From: Acidobacteriota bacterium
GTDB taxonomy: Bacteria; Acidobacteriota; Vicinamibacteria; Vicinamibacterales; UBA2999
Length of the DNA: 62,244 nucleotides
Direction: 5' to 3'
Assembly: GCA_041178345.1 (NCBI GenBank)
Contig: JBEGVQ010000090.1
Span: 1-62,244, forward strand
Positions 55,973-62,244 of the stretch are shown here, piece by piece (within the stretch, counting starts at the first letter, position 1; every line of letters begins with the position of its first letter). The notes beneath the pieces are model-generated. The model saw only the letters and a list, made by a program, of their open reading frames with translations. It had not been told where the DNA came from and did not search any database. The position numbers and the translations under genes are program-made.

Positions 55973-57145
55973 ATGACGCGCATCGCCATCCTCGGCTCAA
56001 CCGGATCGATCGGCACGAGCGCGTTGGACGTGGCGCGCACGCATGCCGATCGCATCGAAGTGGTCGGGATTGCCGCGGCCACCAATGCCGCGCTCATGGC
56101 GAAGCAGGTGCTCGAGTTCCGGCCGCGCGCCGTCGGCATGGCCAGCGGCGACGCCATGGACAAGCTGCGCGCCGTGCTGGGCGGGTCGCCGGCCGAGATC
56201 TGCGGCGTCGGCAACGACGGCCTGATCGAACTGGCGACGCATCCTGACGTCGATGTCGTGCTGTGCGCGTCGTCTGGTACCGCTGCACTTGATGCCGTGC
56301 TGGCCGCGATTGAGGCCGGCAAGACCATTGCCCTGGCCAACAAGGAAGTGCTGGTCATGGCCGGCGGCATCGTCATGGACGCGGCCCGGCGCAAGGGTGT
56401 CGCGGTGTTGCCGGTCGACAGCGAGCACAACGCCATTCACCAGTGCCTGCATGGCCGCGCGGCCGGCGAGTGGCGGCGGCTGATTCTGACTGCGTCGGGC
56501 GGCCCCTTCCGCGGCCATTCGCGCGAGGCGCTGGCAACCGTCACGGCGGCCGATGCGCTGAAGCATCCCACGTGGCTGATGGGCCAGAAGATCACCATCG
56601 ACTCGGCCACGCTGATGAACAAGGGCCTCGAGGTGATCGAGGCGCACTGGCTGTTCGGCGCTCCCGCGGCCCAGATCGGCGTCGTCGTGCATCCGCAGTC
56701 GATCGTCCACTCCATGGTCGAGCTGAAGGACGGATCGACCATCGCCCAGATGGGCATCACCGACATGCGGCTGCCGATCCAATATGCGTTCGCGTACCCG
56801 GAGCGGTGGGACGCGCCGGTGCCGTTCCTGGACCTGACCACCGTTGGGCCGCTCGAGTTCCAGGAGCCTCGCTGGGACGACTTCCCCTGCCTGCGCCTGG
56901 CGTTCCGGGCCCTTGAGGCAGAGCGCAGCCTGCCGATCGTGTTGAACGCGGCCAACGAGGTCGCCGTATCGTCTTTCTTAGCGGGCCGCCTGGCGTTCAC
57001 CAGCATTCCGGTGGTGATCGAGCAGGCCATGGACGCCCACGCCCCCGAGGCCGCGGCCACACTGGCCGAGGTCCGGCGGGTCGATGCCTGGGCCCGGCAA
57101 CATGCCGCGGAAACGGCCGGGGAGTTAGAATTGAATCTGCAATGA
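55973..57145 (+). CDS. dxr: 1-deoxy-D-xylulose 5-phosphate reductoisomerase
   Basis: ILGSTGSIG, LANKE, PVDSEH, LTASGGPF, HPTW.MG.KITIDSATLMNKGLE, NAANE. Confidence 0.97.
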   Translation: MTRIAILGSTGSIGTSALDVARTHADRIEVVGIAAATNAALMAKQVLEFRPRAVGMASGDAMDKLRAVLGGSPAEICGVGNDGLIELATHPDVDVVLCASSGTAALDAVLAAIEAGKTIALANKEVLVMAGGIVMDAARRKGVAVLPVDSEHNAIHQCLHGRAAGEWRRLILTASGGPFRGHSREALATVTAADALKHPTWLMGQKITIDSATLMNKGLEVIEAHWLFGAPAAQIGVVVHPQSIVHSMVELKDGSTIAQMGITDMRLPIQYAFAYPERWDAPVPFLDLTTVGPLEFQEPRWDDFPCLRLAFRALEAERSLPIVLNAANEVAVSSFLAGRLAFTSIPVVIEQAMDAHAPEAAATLAEVRRVDAWARQHAAETAGELELNLQ

Positions 57146-58479
57146 CGACGTTATTGGCGTTCCTGTTCGTGCTTGGTGTGCTCGTGTTCATCCACGAGCT
57201 GGGTCATTTCCTGCTGGCCCGCTACAACGGCGTCAAGGTCCTGACGTTCTCGCTTGGCTTCGGCCCGAAGATCCTGAAGTTCCAGCGGGGCGATACCGAG
57301 TACTGCATCAGCATCATCCCGCTTGGCGGCTACGTGAAGATGGCCGGCGAGAACCCGGACGACCCGAAGACCGGCGCGGACGATGAGTTCCTGTCGAAGT
57401 CGAAGTGGCAGCGCTTCCAGATCCTGATCGCCGGCCCGGTGATGAACCTGATCCTGGCCGTCGTGCTGCTGGCCATTGTCCTGATGCAGGGGGCCGACGT
57501 GCTGGCGTACCTCGATCAGCCGGCCATCGTCGGCGCGGTGCAGGAAGGGTCGCCGGCCGACCGGGCGGGCATTCGCCCCGGCGACACGATCATCAAGCTC
57601 GGCTCCGCCGACATCAGCACCTGGGAGCACCTCGACATGGCCGTGGCGGCGCGCCCCGAGCGCGAGGTCGCGGCCGTGGTGGTTCGCGACGGCCGCGAAG
57701 AGCGGCTCACGATCACTCCCGATCTCACCGAACTGCGGACGCGCGGCAACGCGCGGTTCGAGGTCGGCACCATCGGCGTGCTGCCCGACGTGAACCCCAG
57801 CGTCCAGTCGCTGCAGGGCGGCTCGCCGGCTGAAGCGGCCGGCTTCCAGCCCGGCGACCTGATTCTCGCCGTCGATGGCCGGCGCATGGTGTTCAGCTCG
57901 ATGGTGATCGAGGCGATCACCATCAAGAAGGGCGAACCGGTCGAGTTCCGGCTCCGCCGCGACGGCGTCGAACAGTCGATCACCGTGACGCCGAGGATGG
58001 AAGGCGACTCGCCGCGCATCGGCATGTTCATGAGCAACGCCACGCGGCCGTTCACGCCGACGCCGATCGAGGCCATTGGCCTCAGCTTCGAGCGCAACTG
58101 GGAGATGGCCGGCCAGATCCTGGCCACGCTGCGCGACCTGGCCACCGGCGAGGCGTCGCCCAAGCAGCTGATGGGGCCGGTGGGCATCGCCCAGTTGTCG
58201 GGTGAGTCCGCGCAGCAGGGCTGGATTTCGCTGCTCATGCTGATGGCCGGCATCAGCCTGAACCTCGGGCTGCTCAACCTGCTGCCAATCCCGATTCTCG
58301 ACGGCGGCCACATCTTCATCATGGGCATCGAGACGATCTCGCGCCGCGACTTCAGCCTCCAGGTGAAGGAGAAGATGCTGTTCGTGGGCTTCGTGCTGCT
58401 GATGACGCTGATGGTGACGGTGATCTACAACGACCTCACGCGCATCACGTGGATCGAAAACCTGATGCCCTGGCGCTAA
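57142..58479 (+). CDS. rseP: RIP metalloprotease RseP (two PDZ domains)
   Basis: HELGH, FSLGFGP, PLGGYVKM, AGPVMN, NLLPIPILDGGH. Confidence 0.95.
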   Translation: MTTLLAFLFVLGVLVFIHELGHFLLARYNGVKVLTFSLGFGPKILKFQRGDTEYCISIIPLGGYVKMAGENPDDPKTGADDEFLSKSKWQRFQILIAGPVMNLILAVVLLAIVLMQGADVLAYLDQPAIVGAVQEGSPADRAGIRPGDTIIKLGSADISTWEHLDMAVAARPEREVAAVVVRDGREERLTITPDLTELRTRGNARFEVGTIGVLPDVNPSVQSLQGGSPAEAAGFQPGDLILAVDGRRMVFSSMVIEAITIKKGEPVEFRLRRDGVEQSITVTPRMEGDSPRIGMFMSNATRPFTPTPIEAIGLSFERNWEMAGQILATLRDLATGEASPKQLMGPVGIAQLSGESAQQGWISLLMLMAGISLNLGLLNLLPIPILDGGHIFIMGIETISRRDFSLQVKEKMLFVGFVLLMTLMVTVIYNDLTRITWIENLMPWR

Positions 58480-58492
58480 CGCGCCAAGGTGC

Positions 58493-59602
58493 CTAGTTGC
58501 TCTTGAAGTAGGCGGCGATTGCCTCGGCGAACGCCGCCAGCGAACCACCCGGCAACTGAATCGCCGGCGTCACGTGGGCCCGGGTCACGGCGTCCGCCGC
58601 CGCGGGCCCCAGGGTCGCCACCGCCGTGTGCGCGAGCAGGTCCGAGGCCTGGTCGGCGCCCACGCTGGCCAGGAATCCCAGCACTGCCGACGCGCTGGTG
58701 AACGTGACCACGTCGACCTTCCGCTCGAGCAACTGCCGATACACGTCGATGCCGGCATCGGTGTCGAGCACCACCGCGGCGCCCTGCTGTTCCAGCAGCG
58801 CGGCCACATCGTCGGGCTGCTCCTTCGAGTGCATGACCAGGGCACGGCGCCCGAACAGCGGCCGTGAATCGAACCAGCGCAGGTGTTGGCGGAAGTTGAC
58901 GACGCGTCCGACGATCAGGATGGCCGCCCCGACCGGATTCTCCTCGACCGCCCTGGCGAGCTCGGCCAGCGTGCCGGTAATGGTGCGCTGCGACGGGAGG
59001 GTGCCGTTGACGATGATGGCCGCCGACTCGTCGGCCGGCCGGCCGTGCGCGACGAGCGCCTCGATCATCTTCGGCAGCTGCTTCGGGCCGGCGTTGCAGA
59101 CCATGGTGCCGCCGAGGCCGGCGAGGTGGTCCCAGTCGAGCCGCGTCCGCTCGCGGCCATCGTCATCGAAGCCGCGCACGAAGGTGACGGTATCGCCGCC
59201 GCCAGGATAGGTGATGGGAATGCCCGCATACGCCGCGGCACCAATCGCCGACGGCACGCCCGGCACCACCTCGAACGGGATGCCCTGCTCGTGCAGAAAC
59301 AGCGCCTCTTCACCACCGTGGTCGAACAGGAAGGAGTCGCCGCGCTTGAGGCGGGCCACGACCTTGCCCTCGCGCGCCTTCTCGGCAATCAGGTAGCAAA
59401 TGGCATCCTGCGCGCTGGCATCGGGCGCGGCGCCACCCACGTCGATTCGCTCTGCCTGGGCGGGCGCGTACTGCAGCACGTCGGCGTGGACGCGGTGGTC
59501 GTAGATCACCACGCCGGCCCGCTGCAGGCAGTGAAAGCCGCGCAGCGTGATCAGATCCGGCGCGCCCGGGCCGGCGCCAATCAGGTAGACCATCGATCGC
59601 AC
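58493..59602 (-). CDS. cobA: Uroporphyrinogen-III C-methyltransferase fused to a shortened HemD domain
   Basis: VYLIGAGPG.PDLIT.RG, VARLK.GD, EVVPGV.S, AGIP.T; then PLFGRR...FTS.S.V HemD pieces totalling only ~120 aa. Confidence 0.85.
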   Translation of the reverse strand: MRSMVYLIGAGPGAPDLITLRGFHCLQRAGVVIYDHRVHADVLQYAPAQAERIDVGGAAPDASAQDAICYLIAEKAREGKVVARLKRGDSFLFDHGGEEALFLHEQGIPFEVVPGVPSAIGAAAYAGIPITYPGGGDTVTFVRGFDDDGRERTRLDWDHLAGLGGTMVCNAGPKQLPKMIEALVAHGRPADESAAIIVNGTLPSQRTITGTLAELARAVEENPVGAAILIVGRVVNFRQHLRWFDSRPLFGRRALVMHSKEQPDDVAALLEQQGAAVVLDTDAGIDVYRQLLERKVDVVTFTSASAVLGFLASVGADQASDLLAHTAVATLGPAAADAVTRAHVTPAIQLPGGSLAAFAEAIAAYFKSN

Positions 59603-59630
59603 GCGCTGATACTAGCGCAGAAGCGTGATG

Positions 59631-60611
59631 CTAGTGCGACGTGGGGCCGTAGTAACCGCGCTTGGTGCGGGCGGTCACGTTGGGCCGGCTGATCTGGACG
59701 ACCAGGCGGCGGAAGGCGCCGTCGCGCTTGGCGTTTCGCGACGAGTAGCCCATCGAGTACTGGCTCGACAGCTCGTCGGCAATCTGGCCATAGACGTCCT
59801 TCAGGTCTTCGACTTTCTGTGCAAAAAACGCCCGCCCGCCGGTTTCCTGCGCCAGCTGGCGCAACACGAACTCGGCTTCGCGGAACCCGCGCAATGCCGT
59901 GGTTTCGCGCGGCTGCAGGCCAATGGTGTAGATCGCCGTCTCGGACCGCTTCGCCAGCTCGAGCACTTCTTCAAAGCTGACCAGGCTCGAGGTGTCTTCG
60001 CCGTCGGACAGCACGACAATGGCCTGGCGACGCACCTCCTCCGTGTTCTTCGCCCTGATCTTGGCCAGTTCCTTCAGCGAGATGTAGACGGCGTTGTGCA
60101 GCGCGGTCGAGCCGCCCGGCGAGGTGTTGCGAATGGCGCGCTCGAGCTGGTCGAGCTGGTTCGAAAACGTCTGGCGAATCTCGACCCGGCTGTCGAAGTC
60201 GATGACCTGGGCGAGGTCCTGCGGCCGGATCTTCTGGGCAAAGCCGATCGCGGCCTCCTGCGCGTGTTCCATCCGCTGTTCCATGCTCGCGCTCGAATCG
60301 ATCAGCAACGACAGGGCAATCGGCAGGTTGCTGCGGTTGAAGTACGACAGCTCCTGCCTGGCGCCGTCCTCGAACACGCCGAAGTCCTCTTGCGCCAGGT
60401 CGGTGACATACCGGCCCTGGCTGTCGACCACGGTGACGTTGAGCGACACCATCTCGACGCCGGCGCGGAATACCTGGTTCTTGTCTTGGGCGGGTAGGGC
60501 TTGCAAGGCGGGTGGGACCGCGGCTGCGGAAGCCGACAAGCGCGCGTGCTGCGGCATCAGGGTCGCCACGGCGACGGCAACGACGACGGCTGCGCGCAGG
60601 GTTTGCGACAT
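59631..60611 (-). CDS. Secreted VWA domain protein (acidobacterial type)
   Basis: FRAGVE.V.L.VTV.D..GR.VTDL...DF.V.EDG, DSSAS (MIDAS), T.L..A, SDGED, LA.ETGG, QY..GY. Confidence 0.9.
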   Translation of the reverse strand: MSQTLRAAVVVAVAVATLMPQHARLSASAAAVPPALQALPAQDKNQVFRAGVEMVSLNVTVVDSQGRYVTDLAQEDFGVFEDGARQELSYFNRSNLPIALSLLIDSSASMEQRMEHAQEAAIGFAQKIRPQDLAQVIDFDSRVEIRQTFSNQLDQLERAIRNTSPGGSTALHNAVYISLKELAKIRAKNTEEVRRQAIVVLSDGEDTSSLVSFEEVLELAKRSETAIYTIGLQPRETTALRGFREAEFVLRQLAQETGGRAFFAQKVEDLKDVYGQIADELSSQYSMGYSSRNAKRDGAFRRLVVQISRPNVTARTKRGYYGPTSH

Positions 60612-60615
60612 CGGC

Positions 60616-61506
60616 TTACCGGGCGGCCTGGCCTCGGGCCGGCGCCCCGCTGGCGACCTGGCCTGGCTTGGCCGCCGAGACCGCGACCTTCTCCGGCGGA
60701 ATCAGGGTTTGCGGACGGGCGTAGACCACGCGGTGCTGGCTCTTGAGAATGGCCGCCAGTTCCTGCAGCTTCACTTCGAACGCCTGGCTGGTCAGGATAT
60801 CTTCGCGGGTGCCGCCGCTGGCCTTGGGGCCGAGGTCGAGCACCGACGCGCGATTGCGCGCCTCGTCATCGAGCGCCGTGCCGCCCGGCCCGCTGAGCAC
60901 CAGCGCATGCATCATCGCGCCGCCCCTGGCGAACTCCTCCAGCACCTCGCGGTAGTGCCGGTTGCTGAACTCGCGATTCTCGCCGGTGATGATCACCATC
61001 GCCGCGCGATCGGTCTCGCGCTTGGCCAGGCCCTTGCTCACCTCGACGACGGCGTCGAGCAGGGTGGCGCCCGAACCGGGCATCGCGAAGACGCGGCCCA
61101 CGGCATCCTGGAGCTGCTTCTGGTCGGTGGTGTAGTCGCGCAGGATCGTCGGCCGGTCAGCGACGCTGACGAGGGCGACCGGTCCCAGGCCGTCGAGCGA
61201 CTTGACGAAGGCCGCGAGCGCCCGGCGCAGGTCGGCAATGGTGGGCGTGGCGGCCTGCGAGTTGTCGACGACGACAGCAATCGACATGGGCGAGGTCGCG
61301 GGCGTGACGCGCAACACCTCGCGGGCCAGCCCGTCTTCGCGGACCGCGAAGGCGTCGGGGCCGAGGCCGGTGATGGGGGCGCGGGTCTTCTCGTCCCACA
61401 CGCTGACGTAGAGCACGCGCTCCACCGACTGGGCGAGCACGGCCGAGGAAATGAACAGGGCGACGGCGCCCCCGGCTGCGAGACGAACGATCGGATGTCG
61501 ACTCAT
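60616..61506 (-). CDS. Secreted VWA-like domain protein with degenerate MIDAS
   Basis: Signal peptide; YVSV.D...PI.GL...F.V.EDG, VVDNS, LLDAV.E. Confidence 0.75.
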   Translation of the reverse strand: MSRHPIVRLAAGGAVALFISSAVLAQSVERVLYVSVWDEKTRAPITGLGPDAFAVREDGLAREVLRVTPATSPMSIAVVVDNSQAATPTIADLRRALAAFVKSLDGLGPVALVSVADRPTILRDYTTDQKQLQDAVGRVFAMPGSGATLLDAVVEVSKGLAKRETDRAAMVIITGENREFSNRHYREVLEEFARGGAMMHALVLSGPGGTALDDEARNRASVLDLGPKASGGTREDILTSQAFEVKLQELAAILKSQHRVVYARPQTLIPPEKVAVSAAKPGQVASGAPARGQAAR

Positions 61507-61569
61507 GAGATCCTCACCGAACTGCGGCCGAGGCGCATCGGGCAGCTGTCTGCAGCTTACACTAGACCC

Positions 61570-61791
61570 ATGGCGCCGACGTCTCCGTCCACCTGGCAGC
61601 TCATCGGTCAATTGAGCACGATCGGGATGTCGTTCGTGTTTGCGTTGGTGCTGGGCTTTGGCGGCGGGTACTGGCTGGATGGCTGGCTGGGCACGACGCC
61701 CTGGTTGTCCTTCCTGGGGTTCTTCCTGGGGCTGGCCGCCGGCATCTTGAACGTCTACCGCGTGATGCAGCTCGCCAACCGCCAGCCGTGA
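61570..61791 (+). CDS. AtpZ/AtpI (ATPase gene 1) family small membrane protein
   Basis: IG.SFV.A..LG..GGYWLD.WLGT.PW....G..LG..AG..N. Confidence 0.88.
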   Translation: MAPTSPSTWQLIGQLSTIGMSFVFALVLGFGGGYWLDGWLGTTPWLSFLGFFLGLAAGILNVYRVMQLANRQP

Positions 61792-62165
61792 TCGCGCGCA
61801 TCAGCCGTGACACGGCGCTTGTGTGCGGCGTCCTGGCGCTGGTCGCGGCGCTGTGGTTCCGCAACACCGCCGTGCCCTTTGGGGTACTTGGGGGCGGGCT
61901 GCTGATTGGGCTGTCGTTCTGGGCCATCCGGGGAAGTCTCGAGGCCTTCGTCGGGGTTCGATCCGGTGGCGAAACCGGTGGAAAAACGGCACGTTTCCAC
62001 TTAGTGAAGTTTTTCACAAGGCATGCTATGCTGGCTCTCGCCGCCTACGGTATGATGGTGCGTTTGCAGCTTGACCCGGTGGCCATGCTTGTAGGTGTGA
62101 CGTCGCTAGGCGTTGCCGTAGCCGTAGAAGCGGTGAGAAGTCTGAGATGGAGGCGTTTTCCGTGA
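61788..62165 (+). CDS. atpI: ATP synthase subunit I-like membrane protein
   Basis: 4 TM helices, GVLGG motif, position between gene 1 and the F0 genes. Confidence 0.7.
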   Translation: MIARISRDTALVCGVLALVAALWFRNTAVPFGVLGGGLLIGLSFWAIRGSLEAFVGVRSGGETGGKTARFHLVKFFTRHAMLALAAYGMMVRLQLDPVAMLVGVTSLGVAVAVEAVRSLRWRRFP

Positions 62166-62244
62166 GAACAAGTCGGTTTGTGCTGTCGTTGATGTTCGGG
62201 TTCGTGGTCCTCGGTCTGGCCTCACCGGTCTATGCCCAGGAAGC
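62162..62244 (+). CDS. Start of next F0 ATP synthase gene (subunit c or a), truncated by window edge
   Basis: GTGA overlap; MRTSRFVLSLMFGFVVLGLASPVYAQE signal-like N-terminus; assigned from operon context only. Confidence 0.5.
   Translation, partial: MRTSRFVLSLMFGFVVLGLASPVYAQE

Noticed and set aside
1-62244. tRNA or rRNA genes
   Set aside because: No cloverleaf or rRNA-like segment recognised; intergenic gaps are mostly too short

Overview
High-GC bacterial chromosome segment, most likely Acidobacteriota (Vicinamibacteria-like). The taxonomy is inferred from the paired secreted VWA proteins, the DUF5916-like, NHL and HupE gene types and the gene order; no search was run. Layout: (i) 1-4100, a decayed accessory tip with a Sel1 protein, two stacked IS3 right-end remnants, an M48 protease and an internally deleted GNAT-aminotransferase. 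(ii) An AlkP-family protein, an amidase and a Phd/RelE toxin-antitoxin pair. (iii) pyrR-pyrB and pyrC, separated by a ~19.6 kb block. Its outer genes form an uncharacterised GTP-derived pathway (stand-alone GTP cyclohydrolase II, reductase-only RibD, atypical PTPS/QueD, Zn-less MDR dehydrogenase, GT4, two methyltransferases, CDP-alcohol phosphatidyltransferase, sulfatase/LTA-synthase-like protein). Its inner genes are a crtE/B/I/Y/Z carotenoid cluster with an ABC exporter, a secreted helical-repeat protein and a Get3/ArsA-HSP20 ATPase plus small partner. (iv) pyrC, a divergent second OPRTase and a DUF2400 protein, tightly chained to a complete quinohemoprotein amine dehydrogenase cluster (qhpG-A-D-C-B-F-E) and an outer-membrane protein. 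(v) A REP-associated tyrosine transposase bracketed by perfect 27-bp inverted repeats. (vi) Housekeeping genes (GTs, TolC, pyrE, truA, uppS-cdsA-dxr-rseP, cobA fused to a half-HemD, start of the F0 ATP synthase operon). Two PyrR-binding hairpins, a 19-codon leader ORF coupled to pyrC and several probable leaderless genes are visible. The best candidate for an undescribed system is the GCH-II/PTPS/RibD/GT4/lipid-carrier cluster; the putative carotenoid-trafficking module is second. All calls come from motif recognition by eye.
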